From the IMG/VR virus record IMGVR_UViG_3300032294_002470, positions 1 through 52,793 of that record: a stretch of DNA of 52,793 nt; one strand, given 5' to 3'. The DNA is from a virus (taxonomy: Duplodnaviria > Caudoviricetes). The notes under the pieces are model-generated. The model worked only from the letters and a program-made list of their open reading frames with translations. It was not told the DNA's origin and searched no databases. Positions 45,144 through 52,793 of this stretch are shown piece by piece. The translations under genes and the position numbers were made by a program. Numbering within the stretch: position 1 is the first letter of the stretch; each line of letters opens with the position of its first letter.

Positions 45144-46025
45144 TTATTTTGTAGCAGCAGTGCCAGCCGAACCTGATGTTCCAGCAGAACCAACATTAAG
45201 GGCTGCACCGAACTGAGGTTTATAATTTTTTAGTAAAGAGTCTAATTGTAAAGCTTTGTCTTGGGCCTGCTTTTGTAAATTTGGATCTTGGGTTGCTCTA
45301 TATTCAGATTGAGCTTGGACTAATTTTGCAGTTAGAGCAGCTTTAACCTTAGGCTCTATTTCCTTTTCTTTAGCGTCCTTGTCGGCTGGAGTAGCAGCAG
45401 AGGCCTGAGCATCAAGTAGAGCCTTGATTGTAGCATCTTGGCCAGCAGCGGCTTGCAAGGCTGGATCGTTTATCATTCGTAAGTAAGCAGCGACCTGTTG
45501 TACACCAGCCGCTTGCATTGCTTTATCAAAACCAGCAGAAGCGGTTCCGAACATTTTATCAGCAGCATTGCTAGCTGAACCCGAAGTCCCAGCTTTCCCA
45601 GCTGAACCGGCTGAGCCAGTAGAATTGACTCCATCTAAAATATCAGAGATTGCATCGATCTTTGCAACCCCGTCCTGTTCGGTTACTTTGAATCCGTATC
45701 GAGCTGAAAACGCATAGTCTGGCTCTCCGTTAGGTAATGCAGGTAGTTTCCCAGACTGCTCAACTAATGCAATTCCGCCGATAGCTTTTAATTTAGAATT
45801 GACCGCATTATCCGAGATTGTTAACATTGCAACTATATTACTGCCTAAATCTTTAACTTTTGCAGCATCAGTTACTGCCATCATTTTGCCAAGTTTTTTA
45901 TTAGACAATTTGAAGATTTTTAAATAATCAGTCCATTTAACTTTGCCCGTATCTGCGAAAGTTGTCATTGGATCATTGGCTCCTTCTCTAATGAACGATT
46001 CAAATAATTTTATGTATTTTGGCAT
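45144..46025 (-). CDS. Ala-rich putative internal virion protein
   Basis: MPKYIKLFESFIRE. Confidence 0.7.
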   Translation of the reverse strand: MPKYIKLFESFIREGANDPMTTFADTGKVKWTDYLKIFKLSNKKLGKMMAVTDAAKVKDLGSNIVAMLTISDNAVNSKLKAIGGIALVEQSGKLPALPNGEPDYAFSARYGFKVTEQDGVAKIDAISDILDGVNSTGSAGSAGKAGTSGSASNAADKMFGTASAGFDKAMQAAGVQQVAAYLRMINDPALQAAAGQDATIKALLDAQASAATPADKDAKEKEIEPKVKAALTAKLVQAQSEYRATQDPNLQKQAQDKALQLDSLLKNYKPQFGAALNVGSAGTSGSAGTAATK

Positions 46026-46077
46026 TTATTGAGTAATTTATTTCAGGTTTATTTATTTTAGCCGAACGCTCTAAGAA

Positions 46078-46623
46078 TTATCGAAGCTCAGTCCTAGATA
46101 ACTTTTTTCTTAATTTGACCTTGGCATCATGAACGTTTGACTTGACAGCACCGACTGTTGTACCCATGTGAACTGCTGCTTTATCGTAAGACAGTTCCTC
46201 GTACACAACCAATTTAAAAGCAAGTCTTTGACGAGCTGGTAACCTATCCACGAGATCTCCGATTAGGCTCAATGCTCTATGGTCCGAATAGTGATCCTTA
46301 GCTGCAGCCTCGTAATTTTCAATGTCTTGACAGTTTTTTACCTTGTCCTTAACTAATCTAATCCAGTCAATGGTTTCATTACGAACTACTTGTGCAAGCC
46401 ATGCAGCAAATGGGCCGGTGCCTTTCCACTTATCCAAGTTCATAATTACCTTTGACAGCCCCTGACCGACTGCTTGATCAAGATCATCTTTCTCAGTTAA
46501 GTATTTCCTAGCACTTTTATAGGCAAGAGGTTTCCAAGTATTCCATAATTCAGATAGCGCACGTTCATCACCGGCGCGAGCAGCATCGACCATGGGGTCC
46601 ATGTAGCGCGTATTTAGATCCAT
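46078..46623 (-). CDS. ECF-type RNA polymerase sigma factor
   Basis: GDERAL, FAAWLAQVVRN, LPARQR..L...LSY..GAVKSNVHDAK. Confidence 0.9.
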   Translation of the reverse strand: MDLNTRYMDPMVDAARAGDERALSELWNTWKPLAYKSARKYLTEKDDLDQAVGQGLSKVIMNLDKWKGTGPFAAWLAQVVRNETIDWIRLVKDKVKNCQDIENYEAAAKDHYSDHRALSLIGDLVDRLPARQRLAFKLVVYEELSYDKAAVHMGTTVGAVKSNVHDAKVKLRKKLSRTELR

Positions 46624-46649
46624 AAGTAGGATTAATATACTAAAATAAG

Positions 46650-47474
46650 TTAAGCAGATTTAATGATGTCAGCTAGAGTTTGTGCTCTATTGCCTACTTG
46701 CTTTGCCCAAGCAGATCTTAGCATTTCTTCAGATGCTGCATCAAAGTTTTTTCGATTGATGTGAGTTAAAAAGTTCTTGAACTCCGAAAGTCCCTTTTTA
46801 CCTAGATTGAAAACCATTTCAGTTAGGACTCCCTGAACCTGAGAAGGCAGAGCTTGCATGTTCGGAACCAATTCCTGCGCATTGGCCTTGGCTTGAGTAA
46901 GATCAGTAAAGAGCAGAGCATTTATCTGATCTTGGGTTAATGCGGATATACCAGCCTTAACCTTTTCAGGATTAGCTCCTACCTTTTTTAATTGAGCAGT
47001 CGCATCTTCACGATTAAGATTAAAACCGACTCCGATGGTTGGGATCTTTCTTGAATCCAAGTACTTGAAAGGTTTTAATCCCTCATGTCTTATAACCCGG
47101 TCCTTGATTGAAGCAATAACTGGATCGGTTGGAGGCGGCGGTGCTTTGAATGAACTGATGTACTGTTCAGCCTTAATGTTCTTGATGTGGGTCATTATTT
47201 GGTTCTTATAGCTAGCATCTAGAATTCCAAGTTCTCCATTGATTGCATCTCCGACGCTTGGATACGCCCATGCTTTTTTAGGATCAGCATGACCGGCCTT
47301 TAAGGCTTGATTGATTTTAACTAATGAAGCTGCATCTGGAATTGATCGAATTGCGGAAGTCAGAGCCTCCTCGTCCGTACCCATACCAGCTGAAGCTGCC
47401 TGAATCTGTGCAGCGATTTGATCTGCAGTTAAGGCCTCATTTATTCAGCTTTCAAATAGTTTTAAGTGTTTCAT
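46650..47474 (-). CDS. Lysozyme (T4-type/GH24-like) with capsid-targeting-like N-terminus interrupted by in-frame TGA
   Basis: HEG..YLDS..PTIGVG, MVFNLG, SAWAKQVGNRA; upstream in-frame MKHLKLFES*INE (TGA 47445-47447); uninterrupted ORF 46650..47384. Confidence 0.8.
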
Positions 47475-48905
47475 TTAATTAAATTGATTTGAATGCGAAA
47501 CCTGTGCAGATCTATTCTCCTTTAGTAGTTTAGAAAGTCTTTCGACTTCAGCAAAGTCTCGATTGTCTAGTGCTTGGTCAATTAGGTCTTGAATTTCAGA
47601 CTGACTTATTTCGCCGCTAGCTGCTCTTGGTTCAAAATTATTATCAAATGCAGTATCAAAGCTAGAGTCCCCGTACTCTTCATCGTCGTAGCCAGAACCT
47701 GAAACTGAGTCTTCCCATTCAGCGAGCTCGTCCTGTATTAACTGGATTAATTTTTGAACGATTGCTTGAGCCTTAGGCATTGCTTCACGAGCATCGGCTA
47801 CTTCAGATTCAGTGTAAGCGGGTTCGTTCCCAAGAACTTGTCTGTAAAGCGGAGCAGCTGTGAAGATTAATCGCATTAGTTCAAGGAACTTTGTATCGGG
47901 TAGAACGCTTGCATCAATCATCTTACCCCAAACGTATTCGCGACCGTTTTCGATATTCGCAACCTCTGGGAAACTATTAATAAAATCTCTAAGATCAGCA
48001 GCAGTTAGCTTGGCTCTCTTAAGATCCTGTACCTCGTCCTTAGCAGTATCGGCATTCATAAAGACCTTAGCGATCGTCTCATCATCTAGATGCGCAAGGC
48101 CACCCTGATTGATTAGTCCGTATATTGCTTTAATCGCTTCATGAAACAACATCGCCTGGTCCATACCAAGGATTATTAACTTAGCCGTATCTGATTCATG
48201 CTCTTCTTCCTGATTCATATCATCCTCTTTAGGAGTTTCATCAGCGTTCTTTTCTTCTTTGGGTTTCCATTCAATTTTAGAGATCCCGCTCAATCCGTTT
48301 CCGTTTTCGATCATTGCAGCACCAACCTCTTCTGGAATTCTCCAGTCTCGTGCATTACAAATATCAGTTATCTTTATTAAGAGATCAACCATACGATTGG
48401 CCTTTTCTTCTCCGAATAGTTCAGTTAAGCCTGCCATATTGGTATCGCCAATTAGCATCTTCTTTGAATTGATTGCCTCGCCTTGAGCGATCATGTTTAG
48501 GATCTTACGCTTGTGGATTGCAGTTTTAGTATCCTCGTCCTCGATCTCCTTAAAGCTTGGAGTTTCCGGGTCTTCAGGTTTTTCCTGGTCCATTTTCTGC
48601 TTCATTTCCCTAGGATTGGTTGGGATTCTAATATCAAGCTCGGTCTCTCCAAGAATGGAACCGTATTGCTCTTCAATTACTGAGCGAGTTAGGTCTTCAA
48701 GTTGTTTTTCCTTGCCTCTTTGCATTGACTGCACTTCCATTACGAAACGCATTAGGCTTCCCATTTCTCTACCGAAACGCTGTTCAATATCTCGAGCACT
48801 GCCCTCAGCTCTCTTGTTTAAGGAGGTTAAGTATTCAGGAGAAACCGCAGGATTTCCCTTGATGTCTGCCTCGTTCATGAATTGTTTAAACGATTTCATT
48901 ATCAT
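47475..48905 (-). CDS. Putative internal virion protein
   Basis: MKSFKQFMNE; C-terminal LIDQALDNRDF motif. Confidence 0.7.
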   Translation of the reverse strand: MIMKSFKQFMNEADIKGNPAVSPEYLTSLNKRAEGSARDIEQRFGREMGSLMRFVMEVQSMQRGKEKQLEDLTRSVIEEQYGSILGETELDIRIPTNPREMKQKMDQEKPEDPETPSFKEIEDEDTKTAIHKRKILNMIAQGEAINSKKMLIGDTNMAGLTELFGEEKANRMVDLLIKITDICNARDWRIPEEVGAAMIENGNGLSGISKIEWKPKEEKNADETPKEDDMNQEEEHESDTAKLIILGMDQAMLFHEAIKAIYGLINQGGLAHLDDETIAKVFMNADTAKDEVQDLKRAKLTAADLRDFINSFPEVANIENGREYVWGKMIDASVLPDTKFLELMRLIFTAAPLYRQVLGNEPAYTESEVADAREAMPKAQAIVQKLIQLIQDELAEWEDSVSGSGYDDEEYGDSSFDTAFDNNFEPRAASGEISQSEIQDLIDQALDNRDFAEVERLSKLLKENRSAQVSHSNQFN

Positions 48906-49110
48906 TCTCTAGTTCTTTTAGGCGATCCAACACGTCTTCAGCTTGAGCTTTTGCTGGCTCAGGTTGTTTGAACGGTTTCTTTGTAGGAATTGGGCCCGGT
49001 TTCGGTCTTGTAGCAGGCTTGGGTGGAGCAATGGTCGGTGCCGGTTTGGTAGCCGGTTCCGCTGCGTAGAATTCAGTTATGAATTGCTCAAATAGTTTGA
49101 TGTGCTTCAT
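48886..49110 (-). CDS. Pro-rich putative internal virion protein
   Basis: MKHIKLFEQFITE. Confidence 0.7.
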   Translation of the reverse strand: MKHIKLFEQFITEFYAAEPATKPAPTIAPPKPATRPKPGPIPTKKPFKQPEPAKAQAEDVLDRLKELENDNEIV

Positions 49111-49162
49111 TTAGAGTTACTAATTATTTACCTAGTTATTTATTTGCCGAACTCCGTAAAAT

Positions 49163-49191
49163 AAAAACGGGATCAAGAGGACCCCGTTTTT
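49163..49191. terminator. Bidirectional intrinsic terminator
   Basis: AAAAACGGG...CCCGTTTTT. Confidence 0.6.
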
Positions 49192-49354
49192 AAAATAAGC
49201 ATGCCTAGATCAGAACTACTTAATACGCGTGATAGTTACCACGGCGTATTTGATAATCTCTATTTGCAAAGTGCTTGAATCTCAAGCAAAGTAATCTCTT
49301 AATTGTTTCTAACAGAAAGTCCATTTATTAAGGTTCTTCATGAAGTTAATGTAC

Positions 49355-49378
49355 AAAAAACCGGCCGCATGGGCCGGT
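49355..49378 (-). terminator. Intrinsic terminator
   Basis: ACCGGCC-CATGC-GGCCGGT-TTTTT after 49402..49734. Confidence 0.7.
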
Positions 49379-49401
49379 CAGTTATAAAGATCTATTGATT
49401 A

Positions 49402-49734
49402 TTAGTACAGGTCATTGAGTAAAATGTACTCGAACCAACCGATATCATCAATTCCACTGGAATCATACATCCAGGTTTTAACCTGTTCAAGTTCTTCCGC
49501 ATCTTCATCAGACTCAGAGTCTATGTGCTTTTCAAAAAGTTCTCGGAACTTATTCTTTAATGTATCAATTGCAGCATTTACTTCAGGATCAGAACTCCAT
49601 TCATCAACTAAAGTTTCGTAACGTTCTTTGAAAGGTGCAGAGTAGTCAGAGAAACCCATGTTCCTAAGCTCAGCCTGGTCTTCCCTATCGAGTTCTTCAT
49701 GTACGAATTGATTGAATGCTTTTAAATTTTTCAT
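49402..49734 (-). CDS. Acidic putative internal virion protein
   Basis: MKNLKAFNQFVHEE. Confidence 0.7.
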   Translation of the reverse strand: MKNLKAFNQFVHEELDREDQAELRNMGFSDYSAPFKERYETLVDEWSSDPEVNAAIDTLKNKFRELFEKHIDSESDEDAEELEQVKTWMYDSSGIDDIGWFEYILLNDLY

Positions 49735-50360
49735 GAATGATTTATTATTTTGTTCCTGTTTTTTTGGGTGCCGAATTCGGCTGCAACTTGCTTTGAGAGT
49801 TCAATGTCTTGATCGGTCGCTCGATTGATTGCCTCCTTTTCCATTCTTCTCATGAAGTCCGGAAACTCGGCTCCAACCTTGAGCACGCATTCTGTCCAAG
49901 GTTTTGGATCGTATTCTCTCTTTTTGGTGTAGTACTCACGAGCAATCTCGCCAGCAGTATCATTGTCCAAATACACGGTATTCTCTCCGAGTTTAAAGCT
50001 TGCCTCAACTGTTGGATAATCCTCCATTGAGATTGACCATTGGCATGATGTTCCGTTCTCAAGTTCTGCCCAACACTTCACGCTCTGATCGGTCTCTTCG
50101 CACTCCACAAGCTTTTTTACTTTACCGGTAAGCCAGTCCTTGAATGTTTTGGGTTCCTCAGCAACCGGTGCTTCAGTCGTGTCCTCTTCTGGCCCGGTTT
50201 CAGCGGGTTCTTGAACCTCAATCGGCGCTTCTTTAGGCTCGGCTGCTGGTTCAGGCTTGGGCTTCTTCTCCGGCTTCTTGAAAGGCACGGGCTTGTGAGC
50301 TTGATCCGCTGCTCGTTCCATATCCTCAAAGAAGTTCTCGTATAGTTTAACGTATTTCAA
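49731..50360 (-). CDS. Putative internal virion protein
   Basis: MKYVKLYENFFE. Confidence 0.7.
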   Translation of the reverse strand: MKYVKLYENFFEDMERAADQAHKPVPFKKPEKKPKPEPAAEPKEAPIEVQEPAETGPEEDTTEAPVAEEPKTFKDWLTGKVKKLVECEETDQSVKCWAELENGTSCQWSISMEDYPTVEASFKLGENTVYLDNDTAGEIAREYYTKKREYDPKPWTECVLKVGAEFPDFMRRMEKEAINRATDQDIELSKQVAAEFGTQKNRNKIINHS

Positions 50361-50448
50361 ATTATAGGTCTTGAATTTTTAGTAATGATAGCGGCCCAGA
50401 GTATAGCCTGACTATTTTATATTTATTTAGAGTCACTAAGTTTTTATT

Positions 50449-50658
50449 TACGGAGTCAATGGATCTGGGCTTGTCCATTCAGGCGTTGATAAAATAGTTA
50501 ACATTTCACTATACGTATATGGTCCTTCTGCTGTAGTTAAAGTCTGAACGAACGTTGGAATTGTGCTTCCATCCCATTTAACTAGAGTTTTTTTGGTTAT
50601 TAATTGATTTCCTTAACCATTGTTCAGATGATTGTAGTACTTTATTACGTTTGGCATT
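50449..50658 (-). pseudogene. Disrupted gene remnant
   Basis: MPNVIKYYNHLNNG* followed by protein-like TLVKWDGSTIPTFV...PEWTSPDP. Confidence 0.4.
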
Positions 50659-50660
50659 AT

Positions 50661-51212
50661 TTAGATTTCAGTGTTTTTTGGATTTGAGCCTTGAGCTGAC
50701 TCAAGGTCCTGTCTAAGCATGAAGTAGCCTAGATAGGCTTGGTCCTCCCATTCAACCGCTCTCAGCCCGTTCTTGTCCTCAAAGAGCACCACCCTAACCT
50801 CGTCCCCGTATTCTGGTGATTCAACAAAGATCTCTTCAAGCTGTCGTGAACTCTCAGGTCGACGATACTCGTCGGTGTCCGGATCGTATGCTAGTATACC
50901 AGGAAAGCGGCGGCAGAATTCACGAACTCTCGGCTCGTTCTGGTGGGTGAGAGCCAGTATGTTAAAGACCTCAACCACAGAGTCCAGCGGTAAGCTGTCC
51001 ATGAGGTCACGCTGGTCAATGAGACCAAGATCATTGATCTCTGCGACATCCGGAGGTAGTGAAACGTTAAGCATTTTACAGGTCTCAAGCGCGGCCTCTG
51101 AGTACATCTCAAGGCGGCCTTCCGCCTCGGCAAAATGGTCAGGATTGAGCAAGTCCCGTAGGGTTGCAAGTTCTGAATTATTGAATTCTTCGAATATCTT
51201 AAGGTATTTCAT
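50661..51212 (-). CDS. Putative internal virion protein
   Basis: MKYLKIFEEF; ATAAATAA upstream. Confidence 0.7.
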   Translation of the reverse strand: MKYLKIFEEFNNSELATLRDLLNPDHFAEAEGRLEMYSEAALETCKMLNVSLPPDVAEINDLGLIDQRDLMDSLPLDSVVEVFNILALTHQNEPRVREFCRRFPGILAYDPDTDEYRRPESSRQLEEIFVESPEYGDEVRVVLFEDKNGLRAVEWEDQAYLGYFMLRQDLESAQGSNPKNTEI

Positions 51213-51249
51213 AGAGTTATTTATTCGGCTGCAGCCTGACCAGTTTATC

Positions 51250-51597
51250 TTAATTCTTTACCACCTTAAATAGGGCTTTCTCGATGGAGTAGCCGTTATT
51301 AATGAAGTATTTTAAACTATCCACATTACAGTGAGCATAGATCATTTTATCCGAGTCTTTTATTTTAGAGTCTCGATAGTTCCAGAGCAGTTTGTATATG
51401 CCCTTTTGTCGATGTTCTTCTTTAACATAGGCATGGCACAGATAGATTACGGCAGGATGTTCCAAGTATGACACAATACCTACCAGTTCGTCTTTAATAA
51501 AACAGCCATAGTAGGTCGCGTATTCATCCAACAGGTCGGGTTTAATCTCAGCTAATTCTTTGTGAACCTCTCCGTATGTTATTTTCTTTATTTCCAT
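51250..51597 (-). CDS. GNAT acetyltransferase
   Basis: YVKEEHRQKGIYKLL, YFINNGY. Confidence 0.85.
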   Translation of the reverse strand: MEIKKITYGEVHKELAEIKPDLLDEYATYYGCFIKDELVGIVSYLEHPAVIYLCHAYVKEEHRQKGIYKLLWNYRDSKIKDSDKMIYAHCNVDSLKYFINNGYSIEKALFKVVKN

Positions 51598-51616
51598 GTT
51601 CTATTTTATTTTTAGG

Positions 51617-51724
51617 AGTCAGGACAGGATTCGAACCTATGCGTAGTTTTCAAATTAGGCGTTCATCTCTTTTACATCAAAGCTTGGAGACGGCTTACTT
51701 GGTAGTACCATTTACCACCTGACT
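51617..51724 (-). repeat. tRNA-like repeat copy 1 (degenerate)
   Basis: AGTCAGGTGG...AGGTTCGAATCCTGTCCTGACT. Confidence 0.7.
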
Positions 51725-51732
51725 ATTTTTTA

Positions 51733-51924
51733 TTACTCTTTTTTTATTCCACTCAAAGTTAGAAGTTCATCTTTATCCAAATGATTATAACATTCTACAA
51801 CATTTTCTAAAGTGTAGAGATGTTTACCCGTTTCTTTAAAGAACTTATCTTCTAATGTGTTTTGTTGATGCCATGTAAGATTATCCCACTAAGCCTCAAT
51901 TTTATTTTCTATTTCTGTAGCCAT
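51733..51924 (-). pseudogene. Small ORF with in-frame TAG
   Basis: MATEIENKIEA*WDNLTWHQQ...GIKKE*; TAG at 51889-51891. Confidence 0.55.
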
Positions 51925-51938
51925 ATTTATATTTTTAG

Positions 51939-51964
51939 TAGTCAGGACAGGAATCGAACCTGTA
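51939..51964 (-). repeat. tRNA-like repeat copy 2 (3' half only)
   Basis: TACAGGTTCGATTCCTGTCCTGACTA without 5' half. Confidence 0.7.
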
Positions 51965-52004
51965 AATAGTTAGTAATTCTTGTGCTGTTGGTAATTTTTC
52001 CATC

Positions 52005-52187
52005 TTATTTCTTTTTACATTTACAATCTGGATTATGTATTCCCCACGTAGCTCTTTCTTTGTTAAACTCTATATACTGATGCCCTCTAAATTCAAATTC
52101 AATAAGCTCTGCACCGTTAACAACAACTGGTTCTTTAACTTCAGTACATGATGCAAGAACAAGTAAAATTACTATTAATTTTTTCAT
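52005..52187 (-). CDS. Small lipoprotein
   Basis: LASC lipobox, HNPDCKC. Confidence 0.75.
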   Translation of the reverse strand: MKKLIVILLVLASCTEVKEPVVVNGAELIEFEFRGHQYIEFNKERATWGIHNPDCKCKKK

Positions 52188-52198
52188 CTTTATAGTTT

Positions 52199-52303
52199 TT
52201 ATTTCTTTTTACCAAGACGTTTATCAAGTTCTTCTATTTCTTCTTGAGGCATTGCCCAAGCAAATCCAATTGCAATTACACTAAACATAATCAATACTTC
52301 CAT
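52199..52303 (-). CDS. Small membrane peptide (34 aa)
   Basis: MEVLIMFSVIAIGFAWAMPQEEIEELDKRLGKKK*. Confidence 0.5.
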   Translation of the reverse strand: MEVLIMFSVIAIGFAWAMPQEEIEELDKRLGKKK

Positions 52304-52320
52304 AATTTAATTTTAATTAG

Positions 52321-52448
52321 TAGTCAGGACAGGATTCGAACCTGTATTTAATCTGTTTCGTTAGTGCTTTTGCAGAATAACTATTCTGATTAATCCCCAC
52401 CTTTCGGCTGTTATTTGGGTAGCGTCTACCAATTCCGCCACCTGACTA
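52321..52448 (-). repeat. tRNA-like repeat copy 3
   Basis: TAGTCAGGTGGCGGAATTGGTAGACGCT-variable-TACAGGTTCGAATCCTGTCCTGACTA. Confidence 0.8.
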
Positions 52449-52451
52449 TAT

Positions 52452-52649
52452 TTAATAATCACCACTTTGTTTCAAAACAATAATACCGTTTGAAATTTCT
52501 TTTTCGGTAATTGAAAGTTCTTCGTCTGGTAAACCCATATCATATAAAGATTGTCCGATTATATCCTCAGCGTTTTCTAAATTATCAGAAACCACTATTA
52601 CACAACTACCTATGTAGTGTCCTTTACCTTCGTGAATGTAGATTTTCAT
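52452..52649 (-). CDS. Hypothetical protein
   Basis: 65 aa ORF between repeats. Confidence 0.75.
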   Translation of the reverse strand: MKIYIHEGKGHYIGSCVIVVSDNLENAEDIIGQSLYDMGLPDEELSITEKEISNGIIVLKQSGDY

Positions 52650-52672
52650 AACTTTTAATTTTTAATTTTAAG

Positions 52673-52768
52673 TAGTCAGGACAGGAATCGAACCTGTAAT
52701 ACCAACCAGTAACTCCTTTGGTCATCGTTGGACTTACGTATAGCGTCTACCGTTTCGCCACCTGACTA
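52673..52768 (-). repeat. tRNA-like repeat copy 4
   Basis: TAGTCAGGTGGCGAAACGGTAGACGCT-variable-TACAGGTTCGATTCCTGTCCTGACTA. Confidence 0.8.
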
Positions 52769-52793
52769 TAGAGGCTAATATACCCAGACCCGC

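Noticed and set aside
34953-51273. Long plus-strand ORFs antisense to real genes (34953..35546, 48493..48912, 50773..51273 and similar)
   Set aside because: Antisense shadows of well-supported minus-strand genes with no motifs.

Overview
Segment of a large T4-like/jumbo phage genome, most likely infecting Bacteroidota (inferred from Bacteroidota-style TAAC..GTTA repeats, a TAnnTTTG promoter, a boxA-like motif and lipoproteins). Nearly all genes lie on the minus strand. Contents: (1) 1-3.5 kb, an array of single small ORFs separated by ten attC-like hairpins with cassette-specific matching ends, i.e. an integron-like cassette array with no integrase in the window; (2) RNA repair and tRNA maturation genes (two RNA ligases, a PNK-like kinase, a CCA-adding-type enzyme, phosphoesterases), gmd/fcl and clpP; (3) a ~5 kb cluster of 19 canonical tRNAs interleaved with aberrant tRNA-like and other structured RNAs. 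This cluster is headed by an unannotated 42-codon leader ORF plus terminator/antiterminator whose amino-acid content matches the phage tRNA set, a candidate attenuator sensing tRNA depletion; (4) T4-type topoisomerase II subunits, prs, thioredoxin, endolysin, homing endonucleases, an Acb1-like 2H phosphoesterase and an ECF sigma factor; (5) about 16 proteins with a T4 capsid-targeting-like N-terminus, many behind ATAAATA late-type promoters; (6) at the right end, an array of tRNA-like repeats with variable anticodon regions separating tiny ORFs. All calls come from motif recognition by eye; no searches were run.
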